Positions 36,960-50,199 of a stretch of 64,000 bases of DNA are shown here, in pieces. Position 1 is the first letter of the stretch. The number at the start of each line of letters is the position of its first letter. The notes under the pieces were generated by a model, which saw only the letters and a program-made list of their open reading frames with translations, ran no database searches and was not told where the DNA came from. The DNA comes from Paraspadella gotoi. Its lineage: Eukaryota; Animalia; Chaetognatha. The stretch is from contig CM119270.1 of assembly GCA_051294375.1 (NCBI GenBank), forward strand, positions 3,013,562 through 3,077,561, written 5' to 3'. Position numbers and translations under genes: made by a program.

Positions 36960-38986
36960 CGAGCAAAGAAGAGAGACGAGAAGAATGAGAAGGAGAGGAG
37001 AGAAGAGAGTAGCAGAGAAGAGAGGAAGAGAGGAGAGACGGATGAGAGAGAGAGAGCCTCAACAAACTATATATTTTAACGATTTCTTCTGCAAATCAGG
37101 CGTTATAAACTAGAAACGCATCTTTGAAAATGTTACGAGCCATAAAAAAAAAATGGAAAAAGAGAAAAATATCGTAGCAATAAAATGCTTAATTGTTAGG
37201 TTATTTTTATTCATAAAATCGAAGAGAAACGAGAAGCGAGAAGTCGTCCGGTCGGGTCGTGCTGCAATCGTGAGATCAACGGGGGAAAAATGATTTCGGG
37301 GTTGGAAGATATGGTCGATTTTTCGGATTATAATTCATATTCTCGATTGGTCGTAAATCGAAAACAGAGGCGGCGGGTCTTTTTTTTTTTTTTCTAACTT
37401 TTGACGGAGAAAGGAAATGAAACAAAAATCTCCTCCCTGGAGTAATTCCTGCCCCCAAACATCCGATACCAAGATGAACAGATGATCGCATTTTCAATCC
37501 ATCTGGCACCCAGACAGATGATTCGGCCTTTTTCCCCATCCGTACCCTGAACAGATGATCCTATTTTTTCCATCTCAGACCCAGCCAGAATGATATCTTA
37601 GAATTTAATTCATAAAATCGGGAAAGAAAAAAAAAAGAGTTGATCGACTCGAGAAAAACATAATCAATAAATCTTAATTATGGAATTTCGCTGTCAATGC
37701 GAAACGAAGACTTGGCACCGTAAGGCGCCAAGAGAAACGGCGCTGCGCGGCAAGAGGAAGCGAAAATCTCGTTGTCTCCAGTAAAGGGAGACAAAGGGAT
37801 TTTTCTTCGTATTTTTCGGACAAAGAACATTTTTTTTTAAATGAGGCGTTACCTATGAATCAAAGAAAAAAAGTTGTATATTCAAGTATCGATAAGTTGA
37901 TAAGTATTGACTATTGATTAAATACGAGTCTCGTCTTAAACTTTCTCCTTCCGTCACGAAATCGTTTTGAAGAATTAGCTAAAGGGAAGAACTATGTCTT
38001 TCTTATTTACAAAATCAGAAATGATTAGTTTAAAAAACTATATCCCTCTACCTCGTAACAACTGNNNNNNNNNNNNNNNNNNNNNNNNNNNNNNNNNNNN
38101 NNNNNNNNNNNNNNNNNNNNNNNNNNNNNNNNNNNNNNNNNNNNNNNNNNNNNNNNNNNNNNNNNNNNNNNNNNNNNNNNNNNNNNNNNNNNNNNNNNNN
38201 NNNNNNNNNNNNNNNNNNNNNNNNNNNNNNNNNNNNNNNNNNNNNNNNNNNNNNNNNNNNNNNNNNNNNNNNNNNNNNNNNNNNNNNNNNNNNNNNNNNN
38301 NNNNNNNNNNNNNNNNNNNNNNNNNNNNNNNNNNNNNNNNNNNNNNNNNNNNNNNNNNNNNNNNNNNNNNNNNNNNNNNNNNNNNNNNNNNNNNNNNNNN
38401 NNNNNNNNNNNNNNNNNNNNNNNNNNNNNNNNNNNNNNNNNNNNNNNNNNNNNNNNNNNNNNNNNNNNNNNNNNNNNNNNNNNNNNNNNNNNNNNNNNNN
38501 NNNNNNNNNNNNNNNNNNNNNNNNNNNNNNNNNNNNNNNNNNNNNNNNNNNNNNNNNNNNNNNNNNNNNNNNNNNNNNNNNNNNNNNNNNNNNNNNNNNN
38601 NNNNNNNNNNNNNNNNNNNNNNNNNNNNNNNNNNNNNNNNNNNNNNNNNNNNNNNNNNNNNNNNNNNNNNNNNNNNNNNNNNNNNNNNNNNNNNNNNNNN
38701 NNNNNNNNNNNNNNNNNNNNNNNNNNNNNNNNNNNNNNNNNNNNNNNNNNNNNNNNNNNNNNNNNNNNNNNNNNNNNNNNNNNNNNNNNNNNNNNNNNNN
38801 NNNNNNNNNNNNNNNNNNNNNNNNNNNNNNNNNNNNNNNNNNNNNNNNNNNNNNNNNNNNNNNNNNNNNNNNNNNNNNNNNNNNNNNNNNNNNNNNNNNN
38901 NNNNNNNNNNNNNNNNNNNNNNNNNNNNNNNNNNNNNNNNNNNNNNNNNNNNNNNNNNNNNNNNNNNNNNNNNNNNNNNNNNNNNN

Positions 38987-39246
38987 ACCCTAATCCAAAC
39001 CATAATGTAATCCTGAACCCTAACGCTGAACCCTTATCCTTAATTTCTAACCCTAATCACTAATCTTTAACCAAAATCCCTAACCCTAATCAATAACCAA
39101 GTCCCTAAATTTAATGACTAACCTGATCCCTAACCTGATCCCTAACCTGATCCCTAACCTTAACTTTTAACCTAATCTTAAACGTAAAAAAAATTCACCT
39201 AAATACCGAATTTTAGATAAAATTGGGCGTTTTGGGAAGATAAGCC
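38987..39246 (+). mobile_element. MITE-like element with CCCTAA-like repeats (left part in gap)
   Basis: ccctaa/cctgatccctaacc repeats ending in gggcgttttgggaagataagcc, the same TIR as 57812-57835. Confidence 0.6.
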
Positions 39247-41739
39247 TCTCCCCACCTTTTTATATCCCCTTTCTTAATAATCGACCCTGAATTCCATTAA
39301 TCACCATCGCCTCTTCACCAAAGATCTGTGAATTTCGTTTCACGAATCGCGATTTCAACGGAAAACGACTTTGCTAATTCACGTTCACTTAGTGTTTGAT
39401 CACATCACAATTCACAAGTTGGGATCCTTATCGACGTTTTCACGTCACGGTTCGATTTCACTCATAACTCCGAAGGGTCGATTATTGAAAGAGGCCGACG
39501 ATTATGTCAGTAAATTAGTCACGCTGATCAATGTGACCATTTCAAGTTGGTACATATTTGTATGCACGGATTCAAAACAACAACGACAACCAGAACAACA
39601 AAACAACGACGACAACAACAAAACAACAACAACAACAACCACCGTGTTAGCGCCTTCTCGGGGTTTTTCCGACGGGCATCAATCAAACATGTCGTAATTC
39701 ACCAAAGATCTCTCTCTCTCTCTNNNNNNNNNNCTCTCTCTCTCTTTTATTTTTAACTTTTAAGTAATTCTTATTTCTGTTTTCACCATAACGACATAAA
39801 TTTAATGCGACTTAACGTTTTTAAAGTAGAAATTTCTAAAAATTCTAAAACCAGAACTAACTCGTTTCTTCACAGAAAATTTCACAATAACAAAATAAAT
39901 AAAGTTTGATTGTATGATCGTAGACTCATAGATTTTTAATAATATTTGATATTTTATCAATTTCCTAACAAATNNNNNNNNNNNNNNNNNNNNNNNNNTA
40001 TATCGCGCTTACCACGATGGAAAAAAAAAATTGTTCGCGCGTTACTTTCCAGCTATTTTTCGGCATTTTAATGTTTAAGAATCGCAAAAATAAAAACTTA
40101 CTATCCCAGAAACATTGGTCCTTCTTTGTGCATTTCATCATTGAGCTGTATCCTCATTTATGTACGAAAGAAATACAAGGAGTTCCATGCAAAAGAACAA
40201 AAGGAAGTGTCTCAAAATATACTTCTTTTCTATTTTTATCCTTTTTCATATCTCACACTTTTCATCTAACTAATTTCCCGGTTCCTTTTTTATTACTTTT
40301 TCGAGTAAACCGTCTACTATTAAAAATTCCTGCCTTTTTCTTAGTCTCATGTTCAAATAGTTATCTGCATCCATCTCATTAGGATAGATTCAGGGATGAA
40401 TCTTAATGCTCATATGTCAAAAAATTAGCGGCGATTAAAAATACATTACCGGCTCTAGTGCACCAGAATATGCTTTTTACTATTGTCAACAGTATCAATA
40501 AAAGTAAAAATGCTCTAGGTAACCTCTTTTCATGCAGCAAAGTTATGTCTTTTTTAATTTACCTCTGCGATGTATTTATCAGCAACCAAATCATTAAACA
40601 AGTCCAGAAAAAAGAAAAAATCAAGGATTTTGTTTTTTGATAATGAAAGACAATGCATCATCCACGATTATGCCAACAAACAACTCAAGCCTGGTTTACT
40701 TCTACAGCCGCGGACCAATCTTTCTTACGGTTGCCAAGGACTATTTTTTGCCCTAATCTTGCATAAAAAATATTATGTCACAAGATATAATATTAACAAT
40801 AATCTGAGTAGTCCCTCCTTGATCAAAAAGAGTTGAAAAACAGTTGGAGAACAACCTCTTTTGGAGAGTCACCTACTTTTGAATGCATTAAATAATTTTA
40901 TGCTTTTGGGAAATAATCTTTTTATTCAGTTCTCGCGCGAGGTATCATTACATACTTAAAACCTATTTTTACCGGCCAAAAAAATATATTTGCACAATCT
41001 CGAAATTAACTGACTTTTTCCAAACCACCGAAAAAAAATCTTTTTCTATCAATTCTTTCTATCTTATTATCAGTTTGTTAATTACAAAAGAAACTTGGCT
41101 AGTGACAGTTCAGTAGTCAGTTTCTCTACTTCTCTCACGACAATAGTGAGAAGTGGAAAGAGGACGAGACAGAAAAGACTGGTCTTATCTTAGCTACTAT
41201 GTCATTAGTTAGCCTCCAGCGAAAAAAAATATCTACTCTCCAAACGCTGACTTGATAACGTAATTTGATGAGTAATCGCCAATTGATGGTTTGTTAAAAC
41301 CTTTAAACAATTAATTATTCATTTAAAAATAATTAATTCCTCACAATCATTTCTAATTCATTACTTAGTGAGCGTCATTCCGGGAGTGTAGAAAATCGAT
41401 GTTCTCTTCTCGAGCCCAGTGGGCGATCCCTGGCTTCCAATAACAAGTACTGATTTTCTCTTAACACATTAGGCAACGTTTCTAACAACAAGATTAGTGT
41501 TTACTTAACACGCCAGTATCGCACGCCGTACGACCTTCTCTTTACAGTCTGAAAGGTCAACTTAAATGACCGAGCGGAAAAATGACCAGACGCCGAGGTT
41601 CCTACCCCACAACCAAAAATTTAAATCAAGTTTATCCTATCCAAATTTTTTAAAAAAATATAATTTAATTATAAGTAAATATAAGCAAAAATACTAAAAA
41701 ATAGTAAATCATGACTTTTTTGATTCTTTCCATTTAAAG

Positions 41740-42060
41740 CTCATTACCCCTTGCCACAATTCAAACCGAATCTTTATACTATAACTCAATCACACACTTT
41801 TATACCCACACCACAAAATTTCCATTTCCAATCCATACCATTTCAATCACCGATTAAATTGGAGTATTAATGCTAAGGGGGAACCGACCGGACAGCACAG
41901 ACACCATTTTTTTGCATAATTTATCTTAATTTCTAGTTCTGAGATGATCTAATGTGAATGACCAACAATTTGGGAGGCGTGCAGCAGACGGACCGACAAA
42001 ATGAGATTATTAGAGTCGGAATCTGCGATATGCAGATCCGACTAAAAAGCTTAAAAAAAT
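41740..42060 (+). mobile_element. interspersed repeat, possibly Helentron-associated (HINE/DINE-like)
   Basis: ttttataccc, agacggaccgac and cagatccgactaaaaa (repeated at ~42410); inverted homologue at 16625-16800. Confidence 0.4.
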
Positions 42061-44891
42061 CATTCATCCATCATCAGTCATTGGCTGAATTTTATAGTTT
42101 TTCTAAAAATTTTCATTAATAAAACAAAAAAAAATTTAAAAATTATATTAATAAACCTTATTAACTTTTAAAGCTTCTATCCAGAACTATTACAAACAAT
42201 TTAAAAATTCTAAAAAAAATTTAACTTTAGTTATAGTAATAAATAATCTTTAATGGATCCGCTGCGCCTTATCAAAAAAGCTAAATTTAAAAATCTATTT
42301 TCATTGAATATTCTCTAACACATCACTTAACCATTATTTATTGGAGAGAACTTACAGTTTTTTAACCGTTCCCGGACCTGATCTATAGATCGGGATTCTG
42401 CTGACAAGGCAGATCCGACTAAAAACGATCGATTAGCGGTTAATTAATTAATTAGTTAATTAATTAATTTTGATTCGACATCGGCGTTTACTCAAACATG
42501 TTGATTTATAGATCTTTTCGTTCACTGACCACGACAAGCGAACCATGCATGATGATGACGACGACAATGACGCCAAACATACGATTAATGATGACTTACT
42601 TGATTTGATTGTTTGAACTAATTAAATGATAAATAAAATTGATTGACTTGAATAGTTAATTAATTGATGTAATATAATTTATTGGTTCAATGACTGATTT
42701 GATTAAATTTCACTAATGATTAATTAACTGATTAATTTATTGATTTATTCATTACATCTTTGCATTCGTTATATTTACAATAAAAAAAATCATAAGAAGT
42801 TAGTGAAACAGGGTTTTTTTTATTTAATCCCATTTCCATTTCAAAAATCTTTACTAAATTTATTAGCCTTAGTTAATGATTAATTCACAGTTTTAACTCG
42901 TTTAAAATTGTCAATGTTATTTTGACATTTCAAAATGTAATTCTTTGACCTTAAAAATATTGCTGTTTCTTTTTACTTTCACTCTCTCTTCACTATCATC
43001 TGTCCTCAAAACCTTCACGTTGTCCTCACCTACTGCTCCTTTCTCAATTTTTGTTGGAAGCTCTATGTCTCTCTCTTCTCTCTCCTCTCCACCAATCCCC
43101 TTCCTCACACCTCTCATTTTTTCTCAAATATTTTTTTTACAAATACAATGGCGCCTGCAGGAAGATACATTTAAGTCGAAACATGTTTCCCATTTGTTAT
43201 TTAAACATCATTTCGTTGTTGAAGAAAAATTAAAAATAGCTTTTGTTTAATTATCCAAAACACTATCTCAATGACGGCAGCGCAAACACCCATCTCCGAG
43301 GAGCCAAGACTCATCCCCATTAGAGAAAAGAGACGGCAAGTCTCAAACCAGTTCCTCGGACTTTACTTCTCCCGCCGCCTTTTTGACTGGCACCGCTGCT
43401 CTCCTTGGCCGGCATCGCGGGGCTCCATTGGCCCACGCGCAGTATCCTTCGGCCCACCAGCGGGCAAGGCCAGCACCTTGCGCTAATCCTTGATCACACC
43501 CTCTACTATTGACAAAAAAAAGAGCATTCCTTTTGGAACTATAGAACAATAATAGTTAACTGATGTGCTAGATTTCATTTTTGAATCTATAAGTTCTTTT
43601 AAACAAAGAGCAACAAGGAAATTGATAACATATGAAATACTTGCTGCAAGCTGCAGTTAGACATGCATTTCTGAAACATGCTTATTTAACACTAGAAGGA
43701 AGTACAGCATTTACATATCTTTGATTTCACCAAATGATTTTTAACCAAATATTATTAAGTCAGTTTTTTATATGGCGTTTAAAAATGACCATCTTTTTCG
43801 TCATTTCTTCCAAGATTCTAGGTGCTATTTAATTAAAAAAACGATTAAACTTTTAGGAAAAAACAATAAAATTATATCGTGAATCAAGCTAATCAGGGGC
43901 TACATAATGCAATAAAAAATATATTTAATTTATTATTTATAATAAGTACTATTTTAGATCAATATATGTAAAATTCTATTTTCTACCATCAAGTTTATAT
44001 TTAAAACCTTAAACATTGATTTTTTTACAAAGTTCATGAAGGTTTTACCTACTCTTAGTAGTATAATGTTTTTTAAAAATATCAATGAAATAAAAAACAA
44101 TTAGGCAGATAATTGTAAAATTCACTACTTTATGCAATATTAAACTTTATTATCCAAAGGATTTTTTTTTATATTTTATCAGCATGATAGAACACCATAA
44201 GGGGTCCTCTATATGTAATAAAATAACAGTCAATCCATGCCTGTAATTTAAGCATGAGACACATTTTAAAATTTTGATTCAAAAAAAGATGCCTTCTGCC
44301 AAATTTTTTTAGAAGTTTACTCCAAAACCTTATGGGCCAACAAACCTTAAACTAGCTGCTCAATCTTTTATGGCATTTTAGCCTCATTTTTAAAATCATG
44401 ACTCAAGCAGTTATCAGGACCCCTTCACTTTGCTGCTAGCTTTTCCCAGACGCCGCCTCGTATAAAATCTGAAATAAATTTAATTATTTAAGTTTATATT
44501 ACTATCGTGTCATGTTCATGTAAAAGTTTTTTTTTGGGAATTTGTCTTTCACCAAATCAGGGGATTCATACCAGCTTTGGGGATTTAATCCCCGGGGAAA
44601 GATCGGGTAGAGGGTGGGGAAGATCTCTCTGGAGTATGCATGCACACTGCATTGCACACTTTTTTAAAAGGGCCCGGGATGTAGTAAAGATTAAAACGGG
44701 AGAACTGTGATTGGAGAATTCTATCGAGTCACACACCATTACTTGAGAATCTTTGCAGCATTGCATACGAGACTCTCTGCAGTAAATCTGCCAGTATCTC
44801 CGTCAAAAAGCTTTTAACTTTTTCAAAGGCATCTACAGACTTGATATAATTTCGAAAAGATGATAACAAATCAGAGAGAGAGAGAGAGAGA

Positions 44892-44948
<57 letters not shown>

Positions 44949-45054
44949 CGAGAGAAAGAAAAAGGGATCGAAATCGCGAATACAGAAACGTAGAGATATG
45001 GATGTTTACGACTCACGTCAAAACAAAAGCCTTCGGTTTATCCAAAAACTGACT

Positions 45055-45428
45055 ACATTGGGCGCCCCTTTGCCATGCGTTTGCATAGCCTTTGCATACC
45101 CTTTGCCATGCGTTTGCGTAGCCTTTGCCATGCGTTTGCGTAGCTTTTGCATACCATTTTCAATGCGTTTGCATAGTCTTTGCATACCCTTTGCCATGCG
45201 TTTGCGTTGCGTTTGCATTGCGATGTCATGTTTTTGCAGATTCATTTGCGTTCCTTTTGTGTTGCATTTGCCATACGTTTGCCACGCGTTTGCAATGAAT
45301 TTGAATTTTTCTTTACGTTGAGTTTTTGTTGCGTTTACTTTCCCTTTATGTTGTGTTTTCCATGTGTTTGCCATTCGTTTGCCATGCGTTCGCCTTGGTT
45401 GGCGTGCGCCGTCGCTTTTGCCCAATTA
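45055..45428. mobile_element. MITE/minisatellite element with (ttgccatgcgtttgc) repeats
   Basis: Internal tandem motifs bounded by the short inverted ends attgggc / gcccaat. Confidence 0.5.
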
Positions 45429-48208
45429 CGCAGATTTCATTGCATACTTAATAAGTATTACTTATAGTGTACGGACAGCCGGACTGTTGTAATCGGACGG
45501 GAAGGCGAAGAATCAATGATTATAAATTTGGTAACTGAAAGCACCTTGATTTTTGGGTGGGTGCAGCAATTGAAATGGATCTATGTATTTAAAGATGAAA
45601 TTTGTCAAAAATTTTTAAAAAATTTATAAAAAACATTTAGACTAAGTCTAAGCCTAAAACTAAAATTAAATTGAATCATTGACCAACTATAAAACAAAGA
45701 CTAAGATTAAGTCTTAGTTTCTTTTTTCTTTTATCGACGTTAGAAAGGAACGACGACAGTGTGCACATTGTGCAACTTTAAGGATAAATAACAACCCCGA
45801 CGCTCGATGACAACGAGAACTACGATCTCGAGCACAACTTTGTTAAAAAGTAAAATGTTTTCCGATTGAAGAGATTTCGCCAAAGTCTCTCGAGCGCGCG
45901 ACGTCGCGAGACGCGCGCNNNNNNNNNNNNNNNNNNNNNNNNNGCCCAGCGGAAGAGATCTCGCGCTATCGCGACCCAGCGGCGCAGGAGAGTATCGCCT
46001 GAGAATTCCCCGCCGCTCGAGAGAAGCACAATTAGTTTCTACTTTTCGCCGCATTAGAGGTAGATGGGTGATAAAAAGACTCTTTCTCTCATAGTGAATT
46101 TATCGGCGCGTTACTTTCTCGTTTTATTTGTATTTTTCCCAAAGTTTTACGCACCTGTTCTGTTTTGTCATATTATTTTGTTTTCTTCTTTTTTTGCTTG
46201 TAGAGGTTATTATATGCCGTTTTCTGTCTTGCGCGCCATTAAATCTCACTTATGTTGAGTATATCTATTTCTCTCTGTATCCTATTTGGCTCTCTCCAGT
46301 TTTTTTTTCCTCCTCTCTCTTTCTTTTTTTTCCTTTTCTTTGTTTGATTTACAACGTACTTTTTCATATGGTATATCTATATGTTGTGTCCTCCTTTTCC
46401 TTTTTTTTTTGCTTTATTTTACTTTTTTGGCGCTATTCTATTTACGCGCACTGCTGTGTATGACATCTTTTCTTGGTTTTCTCTCCTTCGGCTCTTTTTC
46501 TCGCTTATATCTTTTCTGGTTTAAAAATATTTTCGAGAGAGATTAGCGAGTTCTCTCTATTCTTTTTTAAAATTTGAATATATGTTACCTAGCGAGCATT
46601 TTCCTTTAAGTAGATATATAGTTGTCTCAATTTGGTTTCACCGTTATTTATTGTGCTCATATTTCTTCTTATTAATTTTGATATTACCAGTTTCATGTGG
46701 ATCTCATCCTTCTAAGTTTGTTTTTTAATGCTTTTAGTCATCTCCTTGGTTCTATGTGACATTATTTTCTGTATTTTTTATGTTAGTGCTTGTCTTCGCC
46801 AGCGTATATTTATATAGCATATATTCCCGGAGAACTTATGAGCTGATTTTTGTGTATTTATAACTAAAACCGCAAGTAAGATATAATTTCTATTGTGAAT
46901 AAGGAATAAAAACTTGCTTTGGTCTTTATCTCTGCCAGACGGCCTAAGGCTATTGCTCTTTATAGTGACATCGTCGTTTTACAATTATCTTTTTTATTAA
47001 TGGAGATTGTATAGTGTGAATTTATAAAAGGGTAAAAATTTAAATATATTTTCTATCATCAAGACTTTTAAATGTTTATTTTCATATAGAATCAAGTATT
47101 TTGTTTGAATTTCATTACATTATTATTATTATTATATTATTATTATTACTCATTATATTTTAATTATATACATTCATAAAATATGCATTAGTTTATAATA
47201 TAAAAAATTGGTTTTAATTATATGAAAATTCTAAAATTAAATAAATTAATTTAATTAAATATTTATTAAGATTAATATTATAAATTCTATATTTTTTATA
47301 TTTATTATTATTTATAATTTTGTTTTTTTGATAATCTAAATCTGAAATATATTATTGATTGGAAAGGGTTTGTTAGTGTTATCTTTTCAGAGATAGAAGG
47401 GAGCATCTATAAACACAAAGTTATATTACTTCTCTGACTTTAAGTTTATAAAGTAGATATCTAATATCATTTTTTGTAGAAATTATTAATGAGAACGCTT
47501 AAATCTAATCTAAAAAGGCTGAACAGAAAAGGATTAAGAATGGGTAATTTTTTTGGGGATTAAGGTAAATTTTATTTTAAGTTGTCTGTGGTTTACTGTT
47601 AAGAGTGGTTAGGGGTGGTTTAAGGTTAAAGGGGTACTTAGGTAGTTTGGTTAGGGGTGAATTTAGGGTTAAATTATAATTTTTTAAATTTTTTTTTAAT
47701 AAATATTTTAAAATTTTTTAAAAAGTTAAAACTAAAATTTTTATAAATTTTTTTTGATATAACGTCTGGCGAGATTATTATATATAAAGTTTTATATGAT
47801 CGTGGATTGATTTGATTAGTATGTAATTTCGTTCGAGAATGTTTCGTAATCAGGAAACAAGGTTTTATTTTTGGTTTTTGCTGTTTAATTTTTCGGAACA
47901 TTTGTAACTACTCTACATAAATGAGAAAAATAATCTCAATATTAACTAAGTGAATTTATTAAGCGCTTTGCGCACTAAAATCTATTGGCTTTTTATCTAC
48001 TAGTTTTTGGGATTTTTTAATTTTTTAAATATTTTACAGGTTCCTAAGTTAATATTATTTTTTGCCTATTCAAACCTTTTAATAGCAATGACTATTAAAT
48101 TTCAAGACTGGTGCTTTTAACACGAAAGCACTATAAATTCGTTACAAGAAAACATTCTAGGACAAGCGTCTATTTTCGCAGTTTCGACAACTATAACTCG
48201 TAATAACA

Positions 48209-48574
48209 ATGGCGCCAGCCGTCGTCGGGCGAGTTGTGGGGACGGTTTGTTGATGTCGCACCACATCGGAGTCCGACGTCCTTACTTTCTACAGGCCGTG
48301 ATCGTTCCCCTGACTGTTCAAGAAACGATACTCTCAACGATGAAGACGCCTCGTAATGGAAAGAGGCGCGCCGGTTGCCGCTTTTTGCTCGGCTACTCGA
48401 TCCGGCGTCGTACATTTTCGTCAGCATAACTCAGGGACAACGGTATCCGACCCCAAGAGTTTCTACGCGAGCGAAACCAAGAGAAATCTGCGATCATCCA
48501 CCTCTTTCGCCTTATTTCTCAAACTCGTCGAACCGGTGGAAACAAGGAAGAGAAGATTGCTAAATCAGAGATCG
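48209..48574 (+). CDS. PIK3CA: class IA phosphatidylinositol 3-kinase catalytic subunit p110, first coding exon (adaptor/p85-binding domain); multiple indels
   Basis: Frame-hopping translation MAP..PSSGELWG..VPL..WKEARRLPLFARLLDPASYIFVSITQ..EFY..ETKR..CD..LF..FLKLVEPV-GNKEEK..NQEIG|gtaagc matches the p110alpha N-terminus (PSSGELWG, SYIFVSVTQ, EPVGNREEKILNREIG), with the donor after EIG. Confidence 0.85.
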
Positions 48575-50199
48575 GTAAGCGTTCAGATTTTCGTGCGTAG
48601 AAAGGGGGGGCGTGAAGCGGGCTCTTGGGGGAGGGGCGCCATTATTCATCCAAACTATTAAATTTCCCCATTTTGTCAAAGCGGCATGAGTCTTAATCTT
48701 AAAATGTTTCTTTTTTTTTTTGTGGCTGGCAAATATTATATATACCAAAGCCTGTCCAAAGTCAGGGGCAAGATACTTATTTATTAAATGAATGGGTAAT
48801 TTTTTATTGGTTGTCCAATTTCATATATTATGAATCGGAGAATTGAGTATTTTATTTCTACAAGTGATACACATTTTCATATCAGGGATTTTCTTTTTCT
48901 TTTTTCCTTGTCTTTTTTCCTTTTCTTTTTCTTTCGATCGCTCTTCTCTTTTTTTCGGCCTTTTCCTTTATTTTCTTTTCCTTTCCTTTTTTCTTTTATT
49001 CTCCTTTCTTTTCTGTCCATATTTTTTTTTCTTTTCTCTCTTCGTTTTCATTACTTTTTTTTTTTTAGTTTCTCCCGAATTTGCAATAGCTTTAGACTTA
49101 GCCTATGTAGTACTAAAACCGCAAGTAATATAACTCATATAATCTTTGTACTGTGGCGACACACAAACAAAAAGTTTTTCTTCCGAAAGATGAATTAATT
49201 TTAACACAATCAAACTCAATCAGGCTAATAGGAAATCAACAAAGATTTTAAACTAAATCTAAAATTAAAGACCAATCCAATCAGACCAACTCAATCAATT
49301 TTGGAACAAATAGGCCCCGCGCTAATGAAGCTAAAGATAACTACGCATTGAGCCGTTACAAAAAAACCGCCACAAAAAAAAAACAAAAAGAAAAACGGAA
49401 ATTTATATTTTCTTTTCTTTTTTGTTTCCTTTTCTTTTTCTTTCCACAAAAAAAATGGAAAAAAAAACTTTCTCATTTTCTCGTTTTCTTGAAAATTCAA
49501 AACTCATGACGTTTTTCTCTTACAAGAGAGCCTCGTNNNNNNNNNNNNNNNNNNNNNNNNNNNNNNNNNNNNNNNNNNNNNNNNNNNNNNNNNNNNNNNN
49601 NNNNNNNNNNNNNNNNNNNNNNNNNNNNNNNNNNNNNNNNNNNNNNNNNNNNNNNNNNNNNNNNNNNNNNNNNNNNNNNNNNNNNNNNNNNNNNNNNNNN
49701 NNNNNNNNNNNNNNNNNNNNNNNNNNNNNNNNNNNNNNNNNNNNNNNNNNNNNNNNNNNNNNNNNNNNNNNNNNNNNNNNNNNNNNNNNNNNNNNNNNNN
49801 NNNNNNNNNNNNNNNNNNNNNNNNNNNNNNNNNNNNNNNNNNNNNNNNNNNNNNNNNNNNNNNNNNNNNNNNNNNNNNNNNNNNNNNNNNNNNNNNNNNN
49901 NNNNNNNNNNNNNNNNNNNNNNNNNNNNNNNNNNNNNNNNNNNNNNNNNNNNNNNNNNNNNNNNNNNNNNNNNNNNNNNNNNNNNNNNNNNNNNNNNNNN
50001 NNNNNNNNNNNNNNNNNNNNNNNNNNNNNNNNNNNNNNNNNNNNNNNNNNNNNNNNNNNNNNNNNNNNNNNNNCTCTCTCTTTCCTTCTCTTTCCTTCCC
50101 AGGTATCGAATTTTGGAGCACCTCAGGTAAAACGAGACCAAAACTGAGGCTAAAAACTAGACGAGGAGAGAACGACCCGTTTTCGTCCTCGTGTGGGCA

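Noticed and set aside
36013-39010. Long ORFs spanning N runs (also 49422-51237, 54909-55397)
   Set aside because: Artefacts of assembly gaps.
38987-39180. True telomere
   Set aside because: Degenerate, internal, and bounded by a TIR shared with other dispersed copies.
40450-40900. Possible hAT transposase remnant (KDNASSTIM resembling TDNASNM)
   Set aside because: One short motif with no other supporting blocks.
42917-44850. Short minus-strand coding-looking segments (42917-43117, 43343-43490, 44730-44860)
   Set aside because: No recognisable domain and no consistent splice chain could be built.
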